The notes beneath the pieces were generated by a model, which worked only from the letters and a program-made list of their open reading frames with translations, did no database searches and was not told the DNA's origin. This document shows positions 27,923-42,036 of a stretch of 64,000 nucleotides of DNA, piece after piece; the stretch's first letter is position 1, and every line of letters starts with the position of its first letter. Both the position numbers and the translations under genes were made by a program. Source of the DNA: Adineta vaga. Its lineage: Eukaryota; Animalia; Rotifera. The DNA lies in the NCBI GenBank assembly GCA_021613535.1, contig CP075494.1, positions 7,564,001-7,628,000 on the forward strand. The letters run 5' to 3'.

Positions 27923-30900
27923 TTAACGACTGTGATTAGATGACACACTTAAACCACTCGGTGTTCGATTATGGCCTGTCGTTGGATGAGAACGAGTTTT
28001 GTTTTGATCACGTTCTTGTCGTGTTTTTTCACGAACAATTAAATCAACATGTTCATCTGGAGATTTACGAACAAGTGCATAGAATACATTACAATGATCC
28101 GTTAAGGTTATTTCTAATGAAATATCATAAATGAAATTTATATATAATATAAAGAGAATTCTTACTTCGATCAGCTAATTGTTGATCGATACAATAATGA
28201 TCGTACGTGGTAGGATCAAGATTAAATTTTTCAAGAATTATTTTTAATACATTTGATACTCTTTCATTATCACCAATCTAGAAAACAAAAGATAATTAGT
28301 ATCAATGAGTTGAGAATGTCAATTATTTCAACATACTCGCACTTTTTTATATAGAAGATCATCTCTACCAATGAGTTGAACTTTAGCAATCAAAGTATTG
28401 TTTTCGACTGGATTAACAATACAATTAATCACACTATTTGTCGGTGAACCTTGAGCAGACATGTAACCTTGACTTGAACTAGCATTGGTTAGAAAACTCG
28501 AAGCAGATGATGAACGCGAGTGATGTGAATAGGTTTTCTAAAGATGAATCGAAAATAGATAGGATAAGAAATCTTTGTTTTTCTTTACTTTTTCACTCGT
28601 ATTAGTTGACTCTTGACGTTGTGTAAATGAATGACTCGATGCATAACTCATTTTATCAAGTGAACTTAATGATGTTGTTGAACCAGCTAATGGCAGAGTT
28701 ATGTCCGGTATTGGTTGAGTGTTCGTGAGTAATGATTCAAGTGAAACTTGTGATGGAAATCTGAATGAAGAAGAAAAAGAAAAGGAGAGAAGGATTTTCG
28801 TTCGATAATCCTCTTTTAAATATCATACGCTCTAAGTGGTTGTGATCGTTGGGATGATAGACAATTATCTTGTGATTTTTTTTGTTGTTGACTGTCAACA
28901 ATGTCAGGGGATTCTTGGGGTTCAATATCATAAGAACGTTGCCAACTAGAATAACCAAAAACAAGTAGGAAACAAAAGAAAAATATTCCGTCATACTTTT
29001 CACTATCAGTATGAGTTTGAATATTATCGAACCAACGTTGAAATGATGGAATACGTTGAATTGATGTATAAGCATTGGCAGCTGATTGAAATAATTTGAT
29101 TTGAGCTAAGATTTCAAATTCTCTTCTATGTTTTTCAAAATTAATTAATTTCTGTGACGTTTCATCTTTTTCATTGATATTTATGTAATTAGGAAAAGCA
29201 GAATCGATGTAGGTCAGATCACTGAAATATAAACCAAGATATGGCACAGTTCCAATCATTGTCTAGAAGGAAACAATCCTATAAATTAATCGAGTACAAA
29301 ATCAATTCAATATCTTACATTCTGTTGATCTCGTGATTTTTTCGAACGAAATTTTCTTCCAAGTGTAGCACTAGCTGCTGTTGTCACATCAGTATATTTC
29401 GCTGTTCCTTCCTAAATTGAAAAAGAACAACATTTTTATACATAAAGAAACGTGTAATTCGAAATTAAAGCTATAGTGCAATTTATAAACATGCAAAGAG
29501 AACACACACACACATACACAATAGGATTCAAAACCTACAATGCATTCCGGTAAAGTCAGGCGAATTTCATCTAATTGCTAGAAATAGATAGATACATTCA
29601 ATACTCTATCAATTACTACTACAGATAGATTCAATTGAATTTACTTTTTCAAGAATAGCACGTGCTTGCTTTTTATCACCGTTACAACTACCAAAAACTG
29701 TTTTTAATTCCGAAAGCTTTAAACGATGATTGAAATCGACATTGGACCACGCGGTCAGTAAACGGTATATGCAACCGGATTCAAGACCATTTAAAATAGC
29801 TGTTAACGAAGAAAAGTTTTTCAATTGTCGACATTCATAAGCAATATCAATCCATTTTTCTATAACACGTGCACGTATAGATTCATTCTGTTCTTTTAAA
29901 ATCGTCGCTACAACTCGATAAGTCAAAGCATTGAAATGTTCAATGGTTTTATCAGCAGTAGATAATGAACGATTGGAAGGTAAACCACTACGAGAAATAA
30001 TATTTTTTCCCAAAGTTAAACACTCATATGGCAGAACACGTTTCAATAATTCCTAATGAAATCAAAAAAATTATAATCATTGATAACAAAAAGAAAACAT
30101 ACGGCATCAACAATTGTTAATTGTTCAGCTATTCTGATATTTGACATATCGAGAAAATTCTTTCGTGCATCTGAATCGACGCTTCTTGGATTGTATAACG
30201 ATTCATCTGTATATGAAAATTTTGATTTATTATTATTATTATTATTGTTGTTGTTGTTGTCCACATCGTTTGTTCGTAAAAGAATATCTAAAAAAAAAGG
30301 AAAGACTTTTTCCAAGACATGAATTATATAAAACAATCAAATACCTGAATCGGATTGAAGAGCATCTTTGCCTTCTCGTAAAAATCGGCGAAATAGATTT
30401 TGACATTGATTTTCTAGATCGTTATTATCAACAGGAATATTCTCACGAAGATAACTTAGGGTAGTGAAACTTGGAGGTTCGTAAAAGTCTTCTTTATACG
30501 TGGTTAATAAGCAAATTAATGACATAGAAAGACTCCTAGAAAAATATTGATTTCATGAAGAAAACTTAAAAGCAAATAACTAATTACATACTTGAGTGTT
30601 TTCTGTCGAACATCTTCAATCATATCTAATGAAGCAGGAACAACTGCTTGATAACGAGCTAATATCGTTTCTATAAGCACTCTTGTATTTGTATATGTTC
30701 GATAGGTTGCAAATACAGTATGCATATGTATTGTATCAAGATCGCCATGTTTGTTTGTTAAACATTCCACGATTTTTTCCAGTGTACCAGCTTTTAATTG
30801 ATAGATTTTAACAGTTGAATAGAGAAGTTCACCACGATTATTACTTTTGAAGTCCTTCTATCATCAATCAAATCGGAAAAGAAAGAGAGAATGAAATATT

Positions 30901-32098
30901 TTTATCCTATCAAATAAATTCATCTTACCTGTTCTTTTTGATCATACGATGATTGATCAAGAGTAGTCGTTGATCCTGTCGGTGATAAAGTTTTCTTACG
31001 TGTTCGTTTTAAATATATTCTGAAGATTGCATCTTGTTGTTTTTCTTCACTAACAAATTGAGGTTGCTGAAAATTCTATATAAAATAAAAGATATTGAAT
31101 CATATTCAATTATTGGGAAATACTAAAAGTTAAGAAGTATTTATAATCTACCTCATCTTCATTGCTGTCATTGACATAAAGTCCTTTCAATTGTTTAACT
31201 AATTTGTTCCCATGAACTGTTATACGTATATTCGAAAATACAGAATCAAATAGACTAAAATCATGAATTGTTGATCGACTAGTTTGTCTGTCTATCGAAT
31301 GAAGTCTCGCAGGTGAATCTGCTAGATCATGTCGTTTAGCATTTGGAATTGATAATGAAGGACGTAGAATTGGACGTGGAGATGGTGTTTCTGATGAATT
31401 AGATTCATTTTCGGTGTCTATTACATCGACCGACATAGAGATAAGATTCTAATCGAGTGATGTGCTCGTACAATTGACTGCAGGTGGCGACAGACAAAGA
31501 GAATATACACCGACAAAAAAAATGAAGAAATAGATAAGCTTCTAACTAGTTTGTCAATGAAGAGCAACAACACTTTCTTTCTCTTGGTTTTTTTACATGT
31601 TCGTCTTATCAGTAGAATCAAACAAACGAGATACTCTCAAAGTATGCAAACAATGTATATCATAAAGTCTTGAAGAAAAACCTTCATCGAATATTTTAAA
31701 TCTCTATGTTTTCTTCTCACCAAATGATGAAGAAAATTGTTGTACTCATGCAGAGAGAGAAAAGATGCGAAAAATTCTTTTCCCAATGTAAATTCATCTT
31801 ACTTGTCGTCTTGTACTATTCATTGGACTGAACTCATTTTCTAAATATAATGATGATCAACTATCAAACGTCAATGACAGTTGAAAAACGAGAATATCGA
31901 AAGAATTTAAGTATGTTGACATATTTTTCGTTCAAGGTTATAAACAATTGAAAATGATATTAATCAAGATGAGATTTAACTTACAATTGGACATTGTTCG
32001 ATTTGTGAATAGATATTTTGTTGACTAAGACTTTTAACTGACGAACAAGGTCTTGCTGATAAGATAATTCGACGAATTGATCGACGACTAAGGGACAT
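27923..32098 (-). CDS. RALGDS: RalGDS/RGL-family Ral GEF (RasGEF_N, CDC25, RA domain) with alternative first exons
   Basis: LKAGTLEKIVECL, IAEQLTIVDA, KWIDIAYECRQLKNFSSLTAI, GTVPYLGLYFSDLTYIDSA, INFEKHRREFEILAQI and RA-domain CNVFYAL; stop at 27923-27925. Confidence 0.88.
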
Positions 32099-32772
32099 TC
32101 GACTTTTTTTACGATTTGAAATTAGGATAACATCTGTTCACTCTAACGTATTATTCCTCCAATCTCCACAAACAATTGAGCAGAAGTAAAGTAATGTTGA
32201 CAAGTGAGCAACGCAACAGAAAGAAGAGGAGAGAAGGAGAAGAAGAAATAATAATAATAACAAGATCGATGACTCATCTCTACTCAATGTATATATAAAA
32301 TATATGTAATATATTTTGTATGAATTGCAAAGATTGATTTTATTCTATTGATAAAAGATAATTTCATATGCATAATTGAAAAAAAGATGCATTAAGTTAT
32401 TTTTTTTTCTTATCAATCAATTAATCACTGCACATTAACGACATCTAATTCTGAGTAATCAATCAATTGATCGATAGTCAATAATTTTTTTTTTTCAAAT
32501 AGATTGATATCAGTAGTAACGAAATTGAATTCGTAAAGTTCTTGAAGAATAACCTTTGTACGAACGACAATGTCAATATTGATCTTTTGATATCAAACAG
32601 AATGTGTGTTATGTTATCAAATTTCCAAATGATGAGAATGAGAAGAAGTTAGCTCATCTTTACAACTATTTTTCAATTCTTTTATCAACAGAAATTTAAA
32701 ATAGAATTTGTCGGGTTTTTTTTTCGATTTTTATTTATATCTTAGAAAACAAAATATGAAAAACAATGAAAT

Positions 32773-35700
32773 CTATTTCTGTGTTTGATTGAAACGTGGT
32801 GGTTGTATATGAACAGAATTTTTATTTCCTGCTGATAATGATGAAGCCGATGAGTCGATAGAAACCATTTTGAATAGACGTGGTGATGAACCACGATTTG
32901 TTGTTTCTTCACGTGATCGTAAAGCTTGTAAGCGATACCAATGTGGTTTATCATCAATCACATTTGGATCTAGATGAAAGCAAATATAGAAATTCTATTG
33001 TTTGATACTTAAGTTTTTCAATCATTACTTTTTAAATCAATTGTTACTTGACCGATGAAATCATTTGCTTTGAAACGATCATAATCCCAGACTGTAAATT
33101 CAAGTTTTTTATATTGAATTTCTTCTCGATGAATATGTCCGTAGATAACTGTATGATTCCAAATTGGATTCAATGTTTTCGATACATGTTTAATTCGTCG
33201 TTTATTTTCTTGACTTAAAAAGAAATGAAACAAATATTCTATGGATTATATTATCTAGAGAAATTCACGATGATTAAACGAATATGAAAGAAATTAGGGA
33301 ATTGATCTCGCCTAGAATATTGTCGATAGTCTATCTTCTAGTTCTATATTGTATAATGATCTGAATGTAGTAATAAAAATTGACTGAATCTCGATGGAAA
33401 TCAGTTAGTTCTCTTTTAGAAACACTCTTCCCCCCTATATACTTTTATCCATAGTAATCATATAATAGTAGGACAGTAAAATGCATACTAATCGAACGAA
33501 AAACTCTGAAAGATTTGTAAATAGAAATAAGATGACTAATTCAATCATATCACTCACATGCCTAAATGAATATAGAACAACTTTGACTTGTCTTACAGTA
33601 ATCACAGTTATTTCTAAGCCTGTAATTCTATAATCTCTCTCTCTCTCTCTCTCTCTCTATATACATATACGAAAACGGATGTCAACTGTCACATAAATTT
33701 CTGTTTTCATTCTTTGAGGAAAATGTCATATACAAAACTTACTCTCTTCCAGGTAATAAATAAATTTTCACAAATGGATCTGAAAATCCATTTGTATCTT
33801 TTGGTATTAAATTTTTCGCTTGAATTATTCGTACAACTAATTGTTCACGTTCATTATCATGGCCAATTTGAATTTCAATATCTCCAACATAATCATTTTC
33901 ACGCAATTGATTAATAATTGTATTTCGTTGATTAGAAAAATCAACTGATTTCGTTTTTTTCTTGAGAAAATTTAATGAACCTAAGGCTAATGATGATTTT
34001 CTATCCATACTAGTCGAACCACGTGATATTCGTTTGTTATCAGATTTAAACAAATTATGTAAATTACGTGATGTACTCATTGTTCCACTGGCAAGTGGTA
34101 TAACACTTTGACTACGTCCATGAGAAATTGATGTTGTATTTAAACTACTTGTTCGACTTTGAGATGTATCAAAATATTGTGATAAACTATCACTTTCATC
34201 AGATTCATTGGAATTTTGTCGTTCAATACTTGGATGACTACCGGCACCATTTAAACCAGGATCATTTGGTAATAAACTTGAACGCGGACGATGAGAAAAC
34301 ACATGTGTTGAGTCTTCACTTGGTAATAACATTTTCTAAATGAATGAATAAATCACAAACAAAATGATTATATAATCAGGATATTACTGTTGGTGAAGGT
34401 TTGGATTCTTCTTCTGAATTTTCCGGAATAGTTGCAGTTGCTGCTTTTTTCTGTAGAGAATAAATCGATGTCGATTTCGATTTGGTAACTGAATGATTCG
34501 TTGATGCAAGTTTCAAGACTTCCATGGAATGTCTTCGTTGAATATTCATATCTGTAGTTTGAGAAGAGTACGAATTCACATGCGTAGATTGACTACGAAC
34601 AATGATTTCAAATTCATTTTGTATTGTATTCATTAAGTTTTCAACAAATAATGCACTTTTACCACGTAATGAAACACCGCCAAGTTCAAGTACTTCATCA
34701 CCTTTTAAACACAGAGAGAGAGAGAGACAGAACAAGGGTGAGAAAGATTCGTATTGAATTGATTAAACAAACCTTCTTGAACAATATTTTTCAATATTTG
34801 ATAATTTCGATGATGAATATCGATATTTTCAATACAAGCAGTGACTTCCATACAATGAGGAATAGATTGACCACCTGCTATACGAAAACCTAAATCAGTA
34901 TTGATACCATGTCGCGATGGATTCAATATTAATTTTGTTGTTGAAAATGGATAGGTTATTTCAGTACTTGTACTCTAGAGAAAAAGAACAATATATTTAC
35001 GAAATAATGATGAAATAACAAACTTTTTGTAATTTTTTTGTAGGTAGAATGGTTGGAGTTGGTACTGATTCATTAACATGATTTGATAGAGTAGATTCTT
35101 TCTTTTTTAACTTCTTTTTCGTTTTTATTGATGAATTGATAGTTTTCATTGGAGGTGTATTCGTTGTTTGATCTCGTAATTGTTTACCTTTAGATATAAA
35201 ATTATCATTGGAAGTTGTCGTTATTTTAAAATCATTTTCCAATTTCGAAGGTATTGTTCGATCAAGAGAACCTATTGGATTACTAAGATCGATTTCTAAT
35301 AAATCACATTCGTCGTCAAGATTTTGTGGAGAAATTATCGTTGATTGAGGAGGAACTGCTGGAAGGGTAAAACGAGATTCGGAATTAGCTCGACGAAGTT
35401 GTAATTGAGTTCGAGGGATAAAATCTGGTGGAAGTGGTAAATTACGTTTGTGTCTATTTGTCGATAGCATACGCTAAAATAGAATAAGAGAGAGGAGATA
35501 TTGTCTATTTATTAATCTATCAATGAACTGTAACAATACAGAATGATTTGAATTGATTATTGTCTTGTCGAGTATTCTGATTTACACTCTAACTCAATTA
35601 AATCAATCTCGTATGAATCGCAGTTTCTCTTTTTCTCACAGACAAGAAAAATAAGTTCATTTAAATTGTATATATTGCGTGAGAATATTTTCTTCCCCGG

Positions 35701-37670
35701 GAGTTCTTCATTATTCTATCGTATATTAGAAACTTTGCCTTTCAATAATACACATTCTTTCGTACGAAAACAAAATAGAACTGACCTGGATAAAATCTAG
35801 TCTAGTAGACTTACTATTGTTTTCTTTTTATCGAAACATATGTTTCTTTTTTTTTTGTATATCGATATTACATTTCTTTTCCTTCATGCATTTTAATTAA
35901 TGAAATTAACAACGACGAAAAACTATTCCTTAGTGTAAATACAATTGTATTTCATTCGGTCAAATCATCGGTTAATTTTATTATAAGAATAGACTGATTC
36001 GACAGATATTTATGTTGACTTATTCTTTGATGGATTAATCAAATTAAATATAGAAAGAAAACTTTCGAATGAAACTCTCTTACCTTACGATATATTAATG
36101 GAAGATTTTCTCTTGTTTGATGAAGTTCAGGTATGACTGGAATAAGAAGATCAGTAAGATTTTGTCGAATACCTGACGAACGACTAAGACTACCTCGACG
36201 ATTAGTAATTGGAATCGGACCAGAAATAGAAAGACTAAGCGGATGTGTCATAAGACGAGAAGAATTTCCATCATCGTCATCATCTTCTTCTTCATCTATT
36301 GGTGATTCAATTTCCATTTCAAGAATTGAATTTTTATCAATTTTATTGATAGGTGATGTTGATGATGATCGATCAATTGGCTTTGGCAAATGTCGTGAAA
36401 GATTTTCGATTGTTTTTTCTAATTCTTTGACATGATCAAATTCGTCTTCATGATCATCTTCGTCAATACATTCATCAATTTGATAGGATTGAATGATTGA
36501 TTGTTCTTCAGATTTATTTGATACTATTACTGACACATAAGGACTTGGTTCTTCATAAAAAAATTCATTCTCATCAATTTCAGTTAGACTATATTTTGCA
36601 GATGATTCTAATTTAATTGATTGTTTTTCTTCATCAATGTTGGCATTTTCAATTTCTTCATCAATTCTTATAATATCATTTTCATATGGTTCATTTAAAA
36701 TTGTTATAGGTGACAGTGATTTTTCTCTCAATGTCGACTAATATAAAAGAAAAAGAAAAAGGTTTATATTGAATTATTTATTAACGAGTAGAACAAATAT
36801 ACTTGTTCATCTATGAATCTAGTATGATTTTTTTCTTTAGAATCAATCAATTCATTCTCTTGACATTGAGAACAAATCGGTGATGTTTCTTGATGTATTT
36901 TACCACATATTTGACATTGAGGATAAGTTGTTAAAATTAATGAATTTTCGGCGTCACTTTTCCTAATAATAGACGACAAAGGAAAATCAACTGCTGACAG
37001 TAAATGAATGAGGAATGTCTTTTAGAACTATTTTTAGATTAATCTAAGATGATTCAATGAGCTTTTCTTTATTTGACAGCAGACAACGTCATTGTAAAAT
37101 TCGAAAAAAAGAAGTAAGACTAATGAAGAAAAGAATGTAATCTACTTACATTTCATTATCATATCTCTCTAGGTTGTCAGGAATAAAACTATTCGTTGAG
37201 GTTGATGATGATGACAATGATGGTGATACAGATGCTGCTGGCGACATTGCTGATGGAATAGTCATTACTGGTAATAATGGAGATTGTTGTTCTTCAACAG
37301 CTCGTGCTCGTCGTAATACATTAGCAATATGTTCTTGTTCTTCACGATTTAAATGACTTAAATCTATATCAGCCGGTGATACCAATGGTGGTGGAATGAA
37401 AAGTGCACTGTTTCTTGCGCTTTGCATACTATCCAATGAAACAGGTTTCGATATATATACAACGGATGACGTGGAATATCTTGAAGCATGTTGTTCATTA
37501 AAAGGCGATGTTGAATAAAAATAATGGTGTGTAGCTTCCGGAATTGAGGATGATGATATAAATGAAGTAGTGGATGGTGATGGTCGTGGTGGGTGCGATG
37601 ATGGAGGAGGAGGAGGAGGAGCTAGATCAACTGTCACATCCTGTACCCACTTCTTTAATGAACTTAACAT
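32773..37670 (-). CDS. Piccolo/RIM-family presynaptic active-zone protein (Rab-binding helix, reduced Zn finger, PDZ, C2A)
   Basis: [20 protein letters not shown]; [28 protein letters not shown]; C2[46 protein letters not shown] is Piccolo-like. Some 5' exon phases could not be resolved by eye. Confidence 0.82.
33635..33658. repeat. (CT)n microsatellite in an intron
   Basis: Run of ~12 tc units read directly from the sequence. Confidence 0.9.
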
Positions 37671-38575
37671 TTAACTAGTGAGATATTCGGTGTCGTAGTA
37701 AATCAATAATTATAGACATGAAGATGCGTGATGTGATAATATTCCGACATCGTATTAATTGAATATTCTCTTTCATGCATAGTACTACTCATCTAGTACT
37801 CACAGATTCAACTTTGAGAATACTCACTAAGTTGTAAGTCTATGCCTGTATCTATGTCGTCTCTCGTTCTTCTTAGAATTGTTACGACGTGCTTTCCTCA
37901 CTTTTTCCGTCCAGTATGCTTCTCGGTTCGCGTTCTCTTGTCGTCCTTCTCTGTTTTTCCGTTTATATGTGTATGTTGCTTATCCTACGCGAAACTACAT
38001 CACATTCATTCCTTTTTTCTCCTTCTTGTCTTCTTCTATCAACAATGCCTCGTAACAATTTTTGGAAAAGAGAGAAGAGAAAAGCTAATATTAGAGAAAA
38101 GAAAAGAGAAAAACGATAAAGAATGTTCGTCAAAAAGAAAAGATCCGGAGAGAATTCTCTTGTTTGATGTTCAATAACAATTTCCTGTGTATTAGCAATT
38201 ACAATGAGTGATAGAATGATCAACTACTCAATTTAATATTTAACTCATCACTTCATAAAAAGCTCGTGTAACTGTTAATAATCCAACTGATTTATTCTTT
38301 GCTTGAATAGATTAGTTTTTTTAAATTACACAAGTAAGCATATACAGAGGAGAAGAAAAAAGATACTTGTTCTTTGTTAGAGAGACAGAGAGAAAGAAAG
38401 AAAACGGAGAACAATATGAAATTTGAACTGTAAACTACCGAAAAGAAAAAACAAACAAATTAATTTTCATTCGAAAAAAAGAAAAACAGAACACGAAAAC
38501 AATGAAAAAAAAACGAATAATTTAGCTCGAAATGATTGCATGGAAAACGTGAAGTTGAAGGGTTTTTCTCTTTGA

Positions 38576-41500
38576 TTAATATTTCGAATAAGACTAGAAA
38601 GAAAAAGAAATTTTAAAAATAAGTATAAAAGAAATAGAGTAATTATCTACCGATTTTGATCGTGTATAATATGAATGTGTCGGTAATGCTGTAAGGTTAT
38701 TACCCATTGTTGATTTACCACGATGAACAGCTTTGAATAAAACTCCTGCAACTTGTTCACGATTATCACTATCCGATATAGTCAACGTTGTTCCTGTATT
38801 ATTTGCTGTTGTAGTTAAATAACGACCAGTTGGATAAATTGGACTAAATTTCCGGGTAAAGGAAAAAAATCACAACGAGTTAATTCATGCGAAGAAAAAA
38901 TTTTTTAGTAGTTTTTTTTTATAATAGAAAAGAACTTGTGCTTGATTAACTCAGTTATTCTCTTTAGAAAATTCAATACGTACGTTTTCATCATCGACGC
39001 TGCTGATGAAATGTAAGAACGAGGCTTGCGAGTTGCTGAAGTAAAAAGAACATTAGAAGGTGTTGTTGAAATTGGTGCATAAAAACGACGTATACCAGCC
39101 GACGAGAAGTCCTGCATTGGAAGATTCATTCCTGATGGTGGTAACATTGGTTGTATATGTTGAAATGATGCTGATGAATCATACCTAATTAAATGAAATG
39201 ATAAATTTAGAAAAAAATATTCTTCTGAAATTGTTTTGAGCAACTATTCATGCAAATAGAGCAGTAAATAAATATTCAATATATATAATGATAATATTCA
39301 ATTATTGAAAATCAATAGGGAAATCACCAAAGATAAGTTGAATTGAAAGACTTTTCTCAATAGAGAAAAACATTTCAGAGCATAAACAAATGTCTATATC
39401 GGTACTAGATTGAGATATTTTCTAGATGTTAATAAAATTTGTACCTATTCCACATGATTACTGATCTTTTTTCTATCTCTAGAGAATCAGACTGTGTCAT
39501 TTCTAGATTTTGTTTCACACATATACGCATATTCAACAAGCAGCAAAAAAAGTCATTTCTTCCTGTTACTTCTAATAGTTGATCCATGCATATGCAATCT
39601 TTTCTCAAGTACCTATTGTTAATAGTAAAACTACTATTATTGTTATGTGTTCGAATTTGATGTAATTGTAATGCTTTTTTGGTTATAAATTTTTTATTAA
39701 TACATTTATTACATATCATTAATGATTGATTACCATTCCCATTTTGCTGATTATTTGTACGTGACTGATGACTTTTCAGATGTTTGTTTAGTGCCGATAA
39801 TGAATTATAAGTTTTAATACAATATTTACATCTAAAGTATGCTCTTTCGATTTTCTTTTTTTTTAAAGAAGAAGGGAAAAATCAAACTTGCTTTTATCTT
39901 TCTCTCTTATCAAGCTGATAGACAAAAAAAGAAAGTATATAAATCATTCAAACTTACATAAGATTAGGATGTTGATGTTGTTGCATACGTCTTGCTTTGA
40001 TTTCATTTAATCGATCGCCCTGAGTTATTTCACCTTCATTTTCTTCCTATATTAAACATATAAGAGGATAAATTCAATTTGAAAATCAAATACGTACTTC
40101 AATATTATTATTATCTCCAACTAAATATCGATATGAATTTGAATTGCCTATATCCATTGTTGCAGGAACACCATAACTTGTTATATAACGAGTTCGTTCT
40201 TTCGTTCGATAAATATCACCTAATGACCAAAGCCATGCTTGTTTTCTATAAATCATTAGGCCTTTTTTTTCAATGTCTAATTGATTTTTTTTCTTACTCT
40301 TCAAGATAATTTTGTTGTGGACCAATTACTGAGCCGGGCCGACATATTCTTAACCATGCAATAACTTCAGCGGCTGTAAATTTATGATGCTTCATTAAAT
40401 ATGCTCCAATTAATGTGCCTGTTCGACCAAGACCCGCTGTGGAAATACAAAAAAAAAGTTATTCGAATTTTTTTTTCTGTTTTATAATGGTTTATTGAAT
40501 TCACATTCATACCTTTACAATGTACAGCAACTGCACCTTTTGCTTGTTCAACAATAGTCAAAAATTTTAATGTTATTGCATCACTCGGTGTACTTCCATC
40601 AGAAAAAAATAAATCATAATGTTCAAAACCTGCATCAATAAATCGTTTTGCATCATAGAGTTTCTTGTTTAATCGCACAATCGTCGTAACATAACGTTTA
40701 CGAAAATAAGTAAAATAAGCTTCCGGTGCATGTAATGGATAACCCTTAAAAGAATTCATCAATGAATATCAACGGAAAGAATGAATGAAACTTACATTTT
40801 CAATTTTACTTTTCGAATGTGGACCTGAAAAAGCAAGTAATTTACGAGGTACAATCCAATTTAAATCACCATTTTCAACTTTCTATTGAAATCAAAGAAG
40901 AAATAAATTGTTTCTTTTTACATTAAGAAAAGAAAAAGAACGGGAGATAAGAGTCTCACTTCATAATGTTCATATTCATCAAGGTCAAAGTTTTCAAAAT
41001 CAAAAAATCCATGAAGTATTGCCTATATGTTAAAAGAAGCAAACAAGGTAAATAAAACGATTGTATAAAATAAGCAATTAACCTTATGAAGGCCTTGTAA
41101 AGTATCGAGTAATGTTAGATTATATGAAGATGAACCAAGTGATGCATCTCGAAATGGAAGAAATGGATGTGCTGAATTTATACCACTGATTAACGGTTTA
41201 TATGCTTCTTCCGGTGTTCGTTTAAGTTGAATAATCTATCAAAGAAAAGTAAAAGAGAATAATCAACTATTGTACGAATGAATTCATCACGACATATTTT
41301 GACATGTCAAGAATATTTAATCATGAGAGTTTTTCTTCTTACTACCATAGACAATTGAAATCTATTGTTTCGCGTTGACATATACAAATTTGTTTGTTGG
41401 CAACGAAAGAAACAAATTTCAATTTGAAGAAAGATTTTCAACTAGATCAAAACTAAATATCAAATTCATTCGTTACTCAACTAGAAAGAAAATATCTTCA

Positions 41501-42036
41501 TGCATGTCTTTAGTTTTTCCCTTCTAACATTACGAACAAATTGATTCTGTTCAAGAAATATTATCTGCATATATGATGAGATAACAAAATGACTTACGGA
41601 ATAAGCAGCAATTAAAAATGCAGCATTTGCTCGTTTTTTTGGTTCGACTTTTGCATAATGAATAATTCTTTTATGTGCTAAACTTGGACTCTAAATAAGA
41701 AACGATTATTAAGAATAGTTTCACTTTCTTTCTTTAACATACATTTAATTTTTTCTTCAATTTCGTACAATATTGATGAACAACTGCTAAATTTAGAGGA
41801 CCAAAATCGGAATAAAAACTAAAAGATGAAGAAGAATATGAAGAGAAATATTTTTTCTTTTAGTTTTCTTACTTTTCATAAGTAAATTCATCATCGATGG
41901 AAAAATAATGAGTACGTGCTGTTGATTTTGGTCTTAAACGTAATGTTGCAAAATAAAGACGATCTGGAATGATTTCTGATGCGCTACCGATAATGTCGGT
42001 TTCGCTAGTACCTCCTTTTGCATTGCCATCGGTCAT
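38576..42036 (-). CDS. CDC14: Dual-specificity phosphatase CDC14, multi-exon
   Basis: [47 protein letters not shown], catalytic AVHCK|[18 protein letters not shown] and TQGDRL. Confidence 0.95.
39613..39831 (-). CDS. 219-nt phase 2-2 exon encoding two C2H2 zinc fingers, within CDC14
   Basis: ctttag|A TGT AAA TAT TGT..AAT AG|gtac encodes [21 protein letters not shown] and [23 protein letters not shown], in frame with the flanking CDC14 exons. Confidence 0.75.
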
